Positions 37,760 through 52,006 of a stretch of 62,582 nucleotides of DNA are shown in pieces (within the stretch, counting starts at the first letter, position 1; the number at the start of each line of letters is the position of its first letter). Source of the stretch: Bigelowiella natans CCMP2755 (Eukaryota; Protista; Cercozoa); assembly GCA_000320545.1 (NCBI GenBank), contig ADNK01000103.1, forward strand, positions 1 through 62,582, written 5' to 3'. The position numbers and the translations under genes are program-made. Under the pieces are notes generated by a model, which made no database searches, was not told where the DNA came from, and was given only the letters and a program-made list of their open reading frames with translations.

Positions 37760-38723
37760 ATGGCTGAATCTGACATCACCACTGAGATGAAAGATCTTGC
37801 GTCTAAACGCGAAAATCTTGTCTTTATGGCAAGAACTGCGGAGAGCGCTGAGAGATATGAGGACATGTGCAAGGTGATGAAGAAGCTCGTTGAATGGGAT
37901 GGAGGTAAACACCCACTCGACATTGAAGAAAGAAATCTCCTCTCAGTGGCATACAAGGTAAATTTCAGACTGCAAGACTATCTTAAATCTAATATGTTTT
38001 TAATCTCGTAGAATGTTATCGGAACTCGACGTGCGTCTCATAGATGTCTCAGCGTTGATGACTATAAGGACAACGATCACATCGAAGAATATAAATCTCT
38101 CATTGAAGATGAACTCGATTCAATCTGTCAAGAAGTTCTCACGCTGCTAACAAAGACTCTCATTCCTGGCGTGCAAGATCTTCTAAAAAATGCAAAAGCA
38201 GAGAATGAAAAGGAAGAAGATATCCTGAAGATACAAGAGGCACTTGTATTTTATTTGAAGATGACGGGCGATTACTACCGCTACCTCGCAGAAATTATCA
38301 AGTCAAAGCCCGACTATGTAACCAATGCGAAAGAAACTTACGAAAAGGCCATGAACATTGCTAAGGATAGCTTACTCCCAACACATCCAATTCGGCTCGG
38401 CTTGGCTCTGAACTTCTCAGTCTGCTACTATGAAATCTTAAAAGACCAAGCTAAGGCATGCGACCTTGCAAAGAATGCCTTTGGTATTTGAAATTATTTA
38501 TTGTTCAACATCAACATCAAAATCTGAATCAACTCGTTGAATTTTCACCCTTCTGTATTGATATGATTGTCCATAATTTTTAGATGCAGCCATTGCAAAA
38601 CTGGATTCCATTGATGAATCTTCGTACAAGGATTCCACTCTAATCATGCAGCTTTTGAGAGACAACTTAACTTTGTGGACATCCCCTGATGCCAGTACGG
38701 ATCCACCAACAAATGCTGAATAA
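37760..38723 (+). CDS. 14-3-3 protein, 3 exons
   Basis: [18 protein letters not shown]|[58 protein letters not shown]. Exons at about 37760-37957, 38011-38483 and 38584-38723. Confidence 0.98.
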
Positions 38724-39436
38724 GAATTCATTGTAAATAGCAAAAGCCGACTGATGGATCTAAACTACAGCTGTCATGTTCTATCCCATGTTATGATTTT
38801 TCACAATGCCTGATTCCATAAATCGAACTCCAATGCTACTATCACTTCACGTATGACATGCAAAGTAGCATGACAGTAGCATGACACTCGCTGCTCTTTT
38901 CTAGTTTTACAAAATGTACTGCGACAAACATGTGACGCACGGATAGGGAGCACAACTTTACACTCGGTTTGAGATTAGTCTAGCTAGTAGCGCGTGGGCC
39001 ATTTACCATGGTGTCTAACAGTGCATATGAATGCTAGCACATTTTCGATCACCATCGAATCAGACCCGATTGCTAGATTGGTGATTTTTTTCACTGCATG
39101 TCATCTAGTCATCTCTAGATCTCCAGATCTAGATCTAGTCATGCTAGCATGGCAATTGCTCAAGACAATTCACATTGTCTTCAAGTAGTTCTGGCAAAGT
39201 TACTTTGGCAAATCGAATGCAGTCGCTGTTAGAAAGAAAACGCTGCTTGCATTGCTAGATTGTGACCGATTCGACACAAGCATTTGAACTCACATGCATG
39301 CCTACGTACTAGCCTAGCATGTCGTGCATGTCAGCTAGCTAGCTAGCATGCATGTCTGGATGTCGAGCACCTCATTTTGCGTGTAGTCTAGTTGATTTCT
39401 TTCATTTGTTGTGTGTAATCATTGCTATCTGTGCAT

Positions 39437-41162
39437 TTACGTGTGCCCAGATGATTTCTTGTTCTTTAATTTTCTGCCTTTTCGACTATTCCTGTTATTT
39501 TTCCCCTTGCTATTTCGGCATTTGTCTTGTAACAACTGACAAAGGTTGACATCCTTGCCGAGGAGGGCCTCAACACCTTCAACCATACTTAGTTCCTCTT
39601 TGTACTCGAAAATACTCAACCCAACCCCGAAAGTTGAGATGTTAGTACTTGATACGAACGAAGTGCTCTCCCAAATGACCTGATCATTGGTCACAAAGAG
39701 GACTCAGATTTTCTTCCGAGAACTTTTCTTCGGTCGTATAAAAATGTTGATATACCTTGCTCTGCCGCTCACGACAACGAATTCCTCGCAGATTGACGTC
39801 TACATACTGTGTCCGAAGTCTTGTTGAAAACTCCTTGATTTGTTCGCCGTCATGATCGCCAACAAGTGCAACGAAGACATCCTGGATTATTGGGTTTGTA
39901 TGGTATTCAGATAACGATGGTGAACCGAAAACTAGGTGCTCATCTAAGTACCTCTACACGTCTCTCTCCCATCTTCCAATACAGAACTCCTCGAAGTCCA
40001 AGCTGAGACGCCCATTTTTTTAAAAGCTTCTGGTATCCTTTCTGATCGTTCATGTGATCGATTCTTATCAGGCGAGCGGAACCACTCGTTCCATTCTCTT
40101 CTTTTCGAACTGTATCCACTTCCACCATCTCTTCTTTTCCCTCCCCTTTTGCCTCCTTGCTCGCATGAGGAGCTCTTCCCCTATTGCAGCGCATAGGATT
40201 GTCATTTTTGGTCTGCCTTTGACGTTGGTGCTTGGTTGACGTATGAACTAGAGCTATGTAGAGCAAATGGAGGAAACATGCTCATGATGGAGAATTATGT
40301 CAAACCGGCTCAAAACAATAATTGCATTGATATATCAAAATTACCATGGACAATTTCGTCTTGCGCATATTGTATAAGGTCAAGAACGCACTCGGAACCC
40401 CCCTTTCCTCTTCGCCCTCCTCCACCATGAAGTTTCGAAACTTCACTAAGAATCTGTGCGTTGGCTTTGTTTACGGACGACCTTTTGATGAAATAATCGG
40501 GTTATAGATTACGAGAGGGGGAAATGTACAAGTTGATTCCATCAGAGTAGTATTCTTCGACGAACGTATAGACAGATTGAATCTTTCGTCACCTTGTCGC
40601 TTGCCTACAACGAAGTCGGCACTTTGGAGGTGTCAGCGGGTATCGAAGCGGGATTTCGACATTCAGTCTATGCACGCCAAAGTGATCAATACAAGATAAA
40701 ACGATGAGCGCCATGGCACATACGGACAATGTTAGTATTTTCATTGACGTTGCTGAAAATTCTCCTCCATGTTTTTGGGTTCCTGCTTGCGGTTCTTTTT
40801 CGGCCCTAAGACTTATGCAGTACTTCAATGTATTGATAGGAGAATCCGTCGTCGTTGTCGTTGTCGTTGTCGTTTCCATCGTCGTCATCGGCGTCTCTCC
40901 AGAATCCACCGCCGTGGTGCGCAGATATTTCGCCGTTCGATTTTCTATTACCTTGAACTCGGATGGATAAATAGCTTGAAGCGCTTCCAATTCCTGATCG
41001 ATACACATAAGTTGAAGCTGCTGCTCACACTTCTAGATGTTTGATAGACATGGGAAAGGGCTTTAACTGGTTATTTATAAGTGACAAGCTGACAGTCGCC
41101 ATGGAAACCAGTTATACCATGAGCTGACGAGAGATGAGGTCAGAGGACGAAGCGTCGATGCC
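39437..41162 (-). CDS. RWD-domain protein, RWDD3/RSUME-like
   Basis: QELEALQAIYP and PLRYP..PP (RWD); LIRIDHM...WASQLGLRG; RLRTQYVDVNLRGIRCRERQ. Confidence 0.8.
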
Positions 41163-41588
41163 ATGGTCCCTTCTCATCACCCGAGGAGCAGTGCAATAGG
41201 TACGTGTGGCAGCGAAGAAAGGGGACTATGACTTGCGGAAAAGATGCTGCGACAATTACAACATGGTAAAATCTAGGCGAAAACGGAGAGCGTCCTCATT
41301 TTTCCTTACTTAGTACATATTTGCCATGTCGCGAGGCGGAAATCGCAATATTTTAGGTCAAATTAGTGCAAATTTAGAGCAAATCAGGTGCTCTAGTCCG
41401 TGTTTTCACTATCTATCTTACCCTCCCCAGGCCGGCCCGACTTACATACATTCTAGGTTTCCCACTTTCATATGTGCGGTTTTGTGGCGAGGAAAATGGA
41501 TGCTGTGTAAAATGCAATATTTCCTATGTAGTTTTTCATTCTCTCCCTGACACGGATAGGAAAGTAAGGAGAAAGCGTTGTTGCGACG

Positions 41589-42037
41589 ATGCCCCACGAC
41601 ACCAGCAACAATGATGGCAGCTCCTACATTCCAGTAGTGACTGGGACAGTAGAAACGCCTCAAACCGCAACAGTTGTTACAGCAACCACCACAAACAGCA
41701 GCAACAACAATGGCAACAACTCTCTCAAATCGCCACTGCTCGATAATTACGAGAAGGGGGAGGAGAAGTTCCAGAGACTGGACCCGAAGGACATCCGAGC
41801 CCCAGTTCTATTATATCCTGGCAAAAACAGCGTAAGCCACACAGCTGTAAATTTGATGCATGGGCGATTTGCCAAGCCACACGAAGATAGAGAGGTGTCT
41901 ACGGTGTATTTCTACGCTCAGTTTTGTCAACTAACCTGAAGGAAATCTCTGCCATGGCCTGTCAAACTCTGCGTATCAATGGCGAGTTCTATGTTTCGTC
42001 GGCCTTCATCCAGTACTGCTTACTACACACACACACG

Positions 42038-42084
<47 letters not shown>

Positions 42085-42514
42085 CCTTTCCATACATCAT
42101 TTTTGCCCAGTTCAACGCATTGACATGAACACTACTCGCGGTACAGCGCAACACGATACAACACAGCACGATTACATGTAATACAGATGATGCAGTATAT
42201 TGTCATCGTCTACTTCTCCTTATAATCAGTGTTTGCTGTGCTTTTTTCTTATTTTACGAAGGTATAATTTCGAGTACCACAATAATAGTGGAGCCAAGCA
42301 AGACTGCCTTTTTGTTCTTCCATCGGAAGGTTTGTACAGCTATCAACACTACCATACTTCTGTTACTCCTACTACTTCTACATGTACTACGAACATTGTT
42401 CTGATGCTAATATTTCCCCACCACCGACCGTTGTGCTTCTATTGCGATTCGTTCATCCTTTCTGCTGTGATTCGCTAGGAACGGTGACCAACTTTGAAGC
42501 TTTTCTCGATGGCG

Positions 42515-42558
<44 letters not shown>

Positions 42559-42609
42559 GATATATCTATCTATCTCTCCGCCTCTCTTTTTCGTTCTCTT
42601 TCTCATACA

Positions 42610-42644
<35 letters not shown>

Positions 42645-43695
42645 CGTGAATATGGTTGACCCTAATCAACTGTCTTGATTCTCACGTACATGAAAATGGT
42701 ATTGAGAACTAACAAAGGCTCGCACGCCTTGTTACGAATAGGGCGCGTAATTGACACCACGGTGGTAGCGACAAGGGACTTCGCAAAGATGAAGCGAAGG
42801 AAGAACATCGGCAACCAATCTGCGGTACATTGTGAGAGTGCGGAAGACAGAGGAGGAGTACATCGTTTCTCGTGACTTCTACCTTCAGTTTGCTTACAAA
42901 TCCCTTGGACACATCTCCATGTCAGATCCAAAAGCTGGCGTCACCGTTCGAAAACTACTTCCGCGTTCCTGTGAACGGTGAGCAATTTCCCCCTAAGTTG
43001 TACCATAATGAGGAGGGAAAGGAGGACGGGGGGGGGGGGGGGGAATAGACGGCAAAATTATGATGATGGTGATGAGAATCAAAGCGTATAGTACGACATA
43101 TACTGCATTTTGATCTCTCTTTGTATTGCCAAAAACAAGGTATAAAGCCTGGGCAGAAGGTCTCCGTCGTTGTGGAAGTGATTGAGACCCTTGAATTCAG
43201 GTTGAACCAATAATCACGCCGCTCTCTCTTTTCTGGAATTTGCTTCTGAGTGATGTTGATGTTGTGATTGTTGTGGTCCTTCTTCTTCTTCTTCTTCTTC
43301 TTATTATTATTATTATTATTATTATTATTCGTTTCTTTGTCGCTGTTTGCCGTCTCTTAGAAACTTTCGATACAACTTGGAACTAAACACCACATTCCCC
43401 ACAGGTCGATTGCCTGTCGCCAACATCTATGCATGTTTTGCTTTAGCTATTTGATCTGGGGTAGAAGGCCCTTTTCCCTCCTCCCTCTCCTCCTCCTCCT
43501 CCTCATTCTTGTGCGACCTGTTGTCGCTGCAACGTCATTGATCAGAGGCAATTCCTTCGGTGACAAGCGTGCAGTTCGTCGTCCACAGCCTGGTCCCAGA
43601 GCTCACATACGCCTCCTCGACGCACCAGATAGCTCTCGCAGAGCAGAGGGTCAGCAAGGAGTTAGGGGCGGAGCAAGTAGTAGTAGCTGCTGCTG

Positions 43696-43730
<35 letters not shown>

Positions 43731-45025
43731 AGTTGGCGAGAAAGGAGGGTACGGTAGAGCATCCGAAGACGGATGTGTCATCTCCTAATTCTCTTTCTAT
43801 GTTCGTATGCCCCACCGGGCATCACATTTTTCTCTTTGCACAGGGCTACACACACGTGCTGAGCCTGAGCGACACCGTCTCCTTCTCCTCGAACGTGGAT
43901 TTTTCTTATGCGATGACTTCAAACACGATACTGGGAGCGCTTGTGGTCCCTTTCCCTCCCCCCCTTTCGCCCGACTAGATCTATCACCGCTCGCGCTCAT
44001 CCATTCATCCATTCACCCCATCACTCCTATAACCGCGCATATGCAATCATACGCAATCAAGTTGCTGCTCACGCTCGGCATCACTAGCAGTTGTTCGCAC
44101 TCATAAGAAAAGCCAATCCACGTTGCGATGTGAATGGAAAACTAGTCCTCGTCTTATTTGCATGCTGCGGTTGGTCGTAGGAGGGAAGGGCACCGGAGAC
44201 AGCGTGGGATCAGCGAAACTCTTTCTGCCTGTTCCTCTCCCCATCCGTGACGTCCGCTCAGACGTTTCCAAGGGACGTCATCTTCCTGGTAGGGGGCAGA
44301 AAGCGATCCACGTTCAGAATAATAATAATGATAATAATGATGATATATTTTTATTATTATTATGATAAGGGGTGTTGATTCGCATCACTCGCAGCGGCAT
44401 TGGATGCACCGATGTCACTTCGATAACTTTTGTTCTGCAATGTGTCTGGGAGATACATCATATATGATTTTCCATCCACCTTTTCCTTCTGCCCTTGCTC
44501 GCTCTCTCTCTCTCCCCCCCTCTCTCTCTCAAGTGCCATCACAACCCACTGCCACTGCAATTGTCACGTAGTTAGTTGTTAAGTCAGTATTACTATGCGG
44601 TCACAGGTGGATAGGTCTTCCTCGATGTCTGGAAAGCCCTTTCAGAAGGCGTTGGAGGCACTCGGTTCTACTACTTGAGTTTCCATTCTGATTGCTGCGT
44701 CTCCTTACGGCCCCTTCTCAAACCCCCCCCCTCCCCAAATTCCTTGTCATTCAAGGTGCGGCCTTTGGCACCCTGAATCCCAGCGATTACGCGGCCGTTG
44801 TGGCTTTCGACCACGAATTCAATAGTACTGAACTTATGCAAGGTAGATAGAAGAGAAAGGAAAAGGCTTGCTCAAAGCTCCCCCACCCTGTCCTCATCTC
44901 CCCGCCCCCCTCCCATCCCCCACGCTTTCTTCACAAACCTCTCAGCGACTCCTCAGAATCTCCAGAAGCTAATGGGCTTCCTTCAGCAAAATGGCCCGCG
45001 CGGAGGCACAAATATTCAAAAGCCG

Positions 45026-45099
<74 letters not shown>

Positions 45100-45550
45100 G
45101 AGGTGGGTGAATAAGCACGAATACATCTTCTACACAGCGCTCTGCCCATTCGTCACACCCTCCCCCTTTACCACCACCCCTTATCCGTTTCCCCCCCTCT
45201 CCCTCGCTCGTGCCCTCGTCGGAACGATTAGGCTGCTGTGGGCCCTGGATACACTCAATACCGCAGCTGCTCTGCAAGCGCCACAACGTGCGTTTTGAAC
45301 CGACTTAACATATAGCTAGGGGCCTGCTGTTACATGGGGGGGGGGGGGGAGAAAACCTTCTCGTCCGTTACGTAACAGCGCCATGCTAATGCCTCAACCC
45401 CCCCCTTTCACCCTTTTCTCTGCAGGCCAGGCCCTTCGTTCAGTCGTGCTGATCACGGATGGGTGTGTCAGCAACGAGCGCCAGATAGTGCGAGAAGCAA
45501 GAACCCTCGTTGACTCTAAGGTGGCGATTCTGCTTAGAATAATAATGATG

Positions 45551-45582
<32 letters not shown>

Positions 45583-46418
45583 GATAATCTTACCTGCTAT
45601 CATCAATCTTAGAAGTGGTAGTAGTTCTAGCTGTTGTTGTTGTTGTTCGTTTTTGTCCTCGCTCCCAATGATCCTCCACAAAGAGTCCTTATAAACAATA
45701 TCTGATTCTTATTTCCTTCTCTCCTCCTCCCCCTCTTCCCCCATCACCATCAACATTGTCTCCTTCTCGTCATTCCAACCTCATGGTGTAGAACGGCACG
45801 ATGACGAGGATCCATACGATTGGTCTAGGGCCCTACTGCAACCATCAATTCTTGAAGATGCTCGCCCGGTAGCGGTGACAAGCAGCAGCAGCAGCAATAG
45901 TAGTAGAAGAAGTTGTTGTAAAAGCAACGACATTTTCAAGTATTTTCTCTCTGCCTCTCTGCTTTCTATCACACCGATTTTCGCATGACGCTACGGTGCA
46001 ATGTAAATGGATCAGCTATGGAAGGGGATTCAACACGAATGTAATCGACATGGAGGCTATGGGCTCGCCGGTGAGGGAAAACAAAATGGAGGAGGAGCAG
46101 GGGGAGGAATAAGTGGAAAACATAATTTAGTCATATATGCGATTCCCCTGTTCCGGTCCTTTTTGGTGATGATTGCCGTCCCGTCCCCCCCCCCCCCCAC
46201 TTAATAAAGGTACGGGTGAAAACAATGAAGCTGATGCACTCTGTGGCTGTTCCTGTCTTGACAAACATCGTCCTTGAAATGCCGGCTAACGGATGCGAGT
46301 AAGAACGAGCGCCCCAGTTGATCGATCCTCCTCCTCCTCCTCCTCCTCCTCCTCCTCCTCATTACAACACTATCATATATTGATTGATTCATTCCTACAT
46401 ATATTTCATAAATATATA

Positions 46419-46455
<37 letters not shown>

Positions 46456-46623
46456 GTATATGTATATTAGGCTCTACCCGTACCCTATCCCCGACTTGTT
46501 TTCTGGAAAGCCGGTGTGCGTTTCGGGGCGGTATGAAGGCGTGCTGCCCGCCTCCATTGTAGTGCAGGGCCTCCTTCCAAACGGAACGGTACGGTACTGT
46601 GGTCATGGTGATGGTGATGATGG

Positions 46624-46655
<32 letters not shown>

Positions 46656-46944
46656 CTTCTTCTGGGAATGTAGCATCATTCATGAAAAACGCGGTATGGA
46701 AGTATGGTCATAGTCCCGTGATGTTTATTAAAATCGACGAAATGTAACAAAAGCAATATTGTCCAAATAGGTGTCCCCCTCCCCCCCTCACCCACCCCCC
46801 TCTTCTTCTTCTTCTTCATGTGCGTGTTTGTTGTGCTCTCTTAAGGTTTTCCGTCAAGAAGTGAAGAAGTCAACTTCGGATCTAATTCCTGTAGGGAGAG
46901 TCTATGCGAAAGGTATCATTCTCTCCCTCTATCTCCCCCCCCCC

Positions 46945-46977
<33 letters not shown>

Positions 46978-47418
46978 TGCTGGTGGTATTTGAACATTCG
47001 TTGTGTGCGTGCATGTTCCACACGTAAAGGATGCATAGACGATCTGACCGCAAGATATTGGTTATGGGAGGACGCGAAGCTAATGGAGCAGGTCCCTCGT
47101 AGTTTCACTTGCCGCGCATTTGCCTTTGCCTTTGCCTCTCCTACACCTTCGTTATATCACTACACGCCAAAAATAACAAGAGAGAAGCTTAAAAGGAAAT
47201 GAAATCGGCTACCGCCTTCATATCGCTACGGTCTTCAAGTATTTTCCCTTCTCTCGCTCTCTCACAAAGCGCATCATTTCTCCCCCCCCGACACAGCAGC
47301 TTTCCCCTTCGTTTTCGTTGTTATTCATTGGGGCTTGCTGCAGAGCCTCCTCCTGCTGATTGAGCGCTCCCATCGCACTGTTCATTAAATGTTGTCCGCT
47401 AACGGTTTCAACTCGTAT

Positions 47419-47461
<43 letters not shown>

Positions 47462-47915
47462 TAATTCAGCTTTCAGTCGCAGAGAACATGCCCTCCGCAT
47501 ATACAACCGTCGTGGCGTTCGAGACGACGGCGAAGAAAAAGCAGCAGGAGAAGAAGAAGAGGGTGGTCGCTCTTTTCGCAGCTTAGTTATATCACCGAAT
47601 ATGCACAAGGCACATCTCGCATTACATTCCTGTACGCGTGCTATGGATATGGATATTGATTATGTGCTGCCTGCGAACATTGAAGGGTAAGTCCTCGGCG
47701 GCGCGCAAGAAGCCCTCGATGTCCAAAGGAGCGATGGTGGGGACGCTTGCTGTTGGAGGTGGGAAGTTGTCAAAGGAACTGCCTGCTGCTGATGATGATG
47801 ATGATGCTGCTGTCAGCTTTGCTTCTGTCACGCAAAAATGCCCGCTTTCCAACGACTTCACATGATGCATATCTTCGTATAATATGTACATGTATAATAT
47901 ATATATTTATATTTA

Positions 47916-47987
<72 letters not shown>

Positions 47988-48527
47988 CGCTTCTTAGGTG
48001 TACTAGCCATTGGTGCTGGGGTATTCTTGATGGGAGGTACTTTCTAGCTTAACAACTAAAAACACAGCATGCACGAAGGAGGAGTAGTAGTCGTCGTTGT
48101 AGAGATCCACATTAGACCACTGTGTGGAAGATATCACTGTACTGCTCGTGTCTACCTCAGAGATGGGGAGAAAGAGAGGGGGGGAGAGAAAGAGAGGGGG
48201 AGGGAGAAAGAGACATTTCAGATAACCCTGCTTCATAGAACAATACGCACATACAAAAGCACACGGACGCTCTCGAGCATGCGTCTTTACACCCTGCTTG
48301 CTGTCCCCACCCCCCCCTCCCTCCTCCTCCTCCTCCTCTTCCTTCTTCTCGCCGTAGGAGCGGGTGCTCAGGCAGCTACGACAGCGAACGCACTACCGAC
48401 CATTGCACACGCAGGTATTGGAATAACATTTTACTTCAAGAATCAAGAAGCTCTCGATAAACACATTTTAGCCACGCGAAGAGGCTAGATGCTCCCACTA
48501 CGACAGTATCATCATCATCATAATCAG

Positions 48528-48564
<37 letters not shown>

Positions 48565-49022
48565 TGCCTCTTTCCACACTCTTCTTCTTCTTCTTCTTCT
48601 TCTTCTTCTTCTTCTTCTTCTTCTTCTTCTTCCCCTCCTCCTTTGGCTCTCGTGCAGGTGCTCACATCGCACAATTCGGAGGACATGTCGTGGGGAAGGC
48701 CGGAAGCGCACTGACTAGGGCAGGCCATTCAATCGGCCATGTGGGAGGAGGGGATGGTATCTGTGGATCATGCTGCAGTCTCAATTGTTGTCACGGCAAT
48801 TGCTGCAACGATGGCTGCAATCCATGTAGCTCGATCGGTCTCTGCCTTCACGAGGTAGGAGAAGAAACAGTGGTGGCGGGTGGTGTGCATTACAGAGCGG
48901 GGGGTGGGGGGGGGGGGGGGGGGATAATGCTTAGTGAGGAAGAGGAGGAGAAGGAGCACAAACGTGGGTGCTGGTAGGGATAAAGAAACGGAAGTAGTCT
49001 TCTTCAATGACTGTTCATCGCT

Positions 49023-49057
<35 letters not shown>

Positions 49058-49216
49058 GATTTCCCTGTCGTTGCTGTCGCCTCTGCGTATGTTTATGTTG
49101 TACGTGTGCAGGGGATGGACTGTTTTTGCTCTCTTGCGGATATCGCCGACTGCTTCAAATGCTGCGACGCAGGCTGCCTCATCCAGTGCCTCTCTGGATT
49201 GTTAAAGGCGATCTAG
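41589..49216 (+). CDS. VIT-VWA protein (inter-alpha-trypsin inhibitor heavy chain-related) with a Cys-rich C-tail; many small exons
   Basis: DRSSSMSG (MIDAS), GGTNIQKP, VVLITDGCV, IHTIGLGPYCNHQFLKMLA, LYPYPIPDLFSGKPV..GRY; Cys-rich C-terminal exons. Confidence 0.85.
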
Positions 49217-49855
49217 AGGGCGCTCTGGTTCGACGGCACATATAAGCATGTTGTGCAGCGTATGCTTGAAAACGTGTCTGTGTCGTGTACCTGTGGCGCA
49301 TCTCCGTGATCAAATCGCAGCTATGAGCGACACGTATACACGAAGGATTTCAAATCGACCAAAAATAAAATGAAGTGTAAATCATAATCACGTTATTGCT
49401 TATTTAGATGCTATGTTAATAATAATCATAATATTCATGTCGTGGGTACTAAACATGCACAGCACGCGCGCAGAGCACACACACATACATAAATACATGA
49501 AATGCAGATATATGTCCCAGCTAGCCAGTATGTTATATCCTATCTTTCAATTTACAAGAATTAACGCAACAGATACCACGCATATTCAATTGTGAATACT
49601 CGGCATCGCTTGTAGGGCGCATAAGTGCAGCAGTGTGATTATTGTGCGTTGTTTTGTCGTCGAATCTGCAGGACGGACTCTTTGCATGGCACTATTACGC
49701 AGCGTTGCTTGCTCGCTACATTCTTCACTTGTTCGTCGCTTACAAAGTCAAATCGCGGCATCAGTATCAGTTACAGTCAGAAATTATTTTGTTCATTACT
49801 GTTCTTTACATATATGCTTAGCTTCTTGCACTCTAGAAGCCAGCAAGGAAGGCTA

Positions 49856-51957
49856 TTATTGTGTCTGAGAAACTATGTTCTCATTCTTTTCCTGCTGCTG
49901 TCGTAGCAGCCTTTGCTCCAACTCTTTCAGTACGTCGCCCAGGGAGCAGAAGTGGCTGCAATGGCCCTTCTGGCGCTGGAGAATGTCTCGCAGATGCCTC
50001 GCTATTTGTTGGCCATATTTAACATACGCACCACTCGTTTCATCGGCAGCATCATCTGGGAAAGCAGCCTCGACCTCGAATTTACGGGTGCTGCGCTTGA
50101 TATCACCATCGGCGCTACTCTGTTTGTTTGCATCGTCGGCCAACAACCTGATCCTAATCTCCCAGGATGACGATGATGGTGATGATGATGATGATGATGG
50201 CAGTAGGACTTTGCTGCCGCCGCCTTCATATAAAGAACATTCACAACGAACAACATTAGATGGGGGAGGGAAGATGGCAAGTGTCGCTTCAGATGGAGAC
50301 TGCTATTGTTTGAGTGAGGATGAGTGAATTCATAGCTGCTGCCGAAATCGTCCTCATGCGAGGCATGTTTAGGATGTCCTCGCACGAAGCACTGCAGCAA
50401 ACTTGCTACCTTTTCTTTTGGGTCGCCGCTGCACCAAAAGCTTGAGGCGGAGCTCATCATTCGCTCGCTCCCCCGCGCCGTTTCTATCGCCATAGTGACC
50501 GTCGCTACTACTGGCCGTATTGATTGCTCGCTCCCCATCATCCCTTTCTCTATCCTGTCCCCCCCCCATCTTCTTTCCGTCGATGGCCGAAACTGGGGGG
50601 TGCGATACATGGGAGACGAGCTTGCTAGCGTTGGTGAGAAGGGAGGCTGAAGTCGCAATGACAGCTATCAATTCAGGTTGTTCATGCCCCGATGGTTTAC
50701 ACTCCTCTGCACTTTCTCCTCCTCCCCCCTCTCTCCTGCTAGCTTCGCTTGCGTGCTGTTTCCCCCCTCTCTCTTTGGCGTCACGCGCGTGACGACCGCC
50801 TTCGTTGTCCTTGTCATCGCGAATAATGCGGCCACACAACCCGAAAAGAACTTCCATATACCACTGGTTCAATATAGTATGCTGATGCTGCGACACCCTT
50901 GCCTCCATAGCGGTTATGGTGGTGGTGGCTGGAGTAGCAGTAGGAGCAGCAGTGTCAGCTCTAGCAGTATCATTCGCTTTCATCGTCGTCGTGATGTGCG
51001 CGAGTTGGGACTTGGCGGTCTCCTTCGCGTCGTTCAAGAGCTTCCACTGACGATTCTCTTCTTGCCATCTGACCCGCATCTCGTGTGTGTGGACCTGCAC
51101 CAATTAGCGATAAGCTGCAGTCGAGATAAACAGAAATCTTTATCGAAGGGAGGAAGGAACGTGGAGATGAGTTCTCTCCAACTGCTGGTTACGTATTTGA
51201 TGCTATCTATCTACTACCTCAAGTTTATCATGTTATCTCCCCCTCCCCCCCCCCCGCCCTCCCCTTTTCCTCTAGGATACCTTTCTAGCAAGATCGAGGA
51301 TAGAGGGATCATCGACATGTACAGAAGCATTTGTATCAAATCGGGGGGGCTTAGCTGAGGGCGGATAAGCCGGTGCAAAGAATAGGACAGTTATAGTAGT
51401 GAAGCGGCCCCGTGTAGACAGATCGTAATAACTCGGGAATGTATTAGGCGAGGAAAATATGTGTCGTGCATAAGCATGTCATGCATGTGTGTTTGTGTCC
51501 GTGTGGATGGGTGAAAAGCGCACGAGCGGGATGGAGGGTAGTATGCACCCAAAGATGGGGGTGGAGGGGGTGGAAGAAAGAGTTCTTTACTGTTATTACT
51601 CTGTATCGAGTTGAGTAAGTGCTTCACCCTTGCAAGTTCCTGCCTTTTCTCCGCATTGGCGGCTATAAGCGCACATCGCCTCTCTCGCAACGTAGCTACC
51701 TCCTTGGCGTTCCCATCCCCACGATCACAGGCTGATTTGACCTCAGCTTCCATCGCTGCAAGCGACGACGCGAGCCGCTTCAGAAGCCCCCCATTTGCTT
51801 TTCCCTCTCCTCCGTCTATTTTTCGCCTTCCATCGGGTGTGTTGGGGCCGAGCAGAACGCCTTCGATCAGAGAGCGCAGCCGAAGGAGCGGAGGCGAACT
51901 ACTATCAGACCATTCAAATGCGACGCGATAAGGTTTCTCAAAATCGGCAATTGTTCC

Positions 51958-52006
<49 letters not shown>

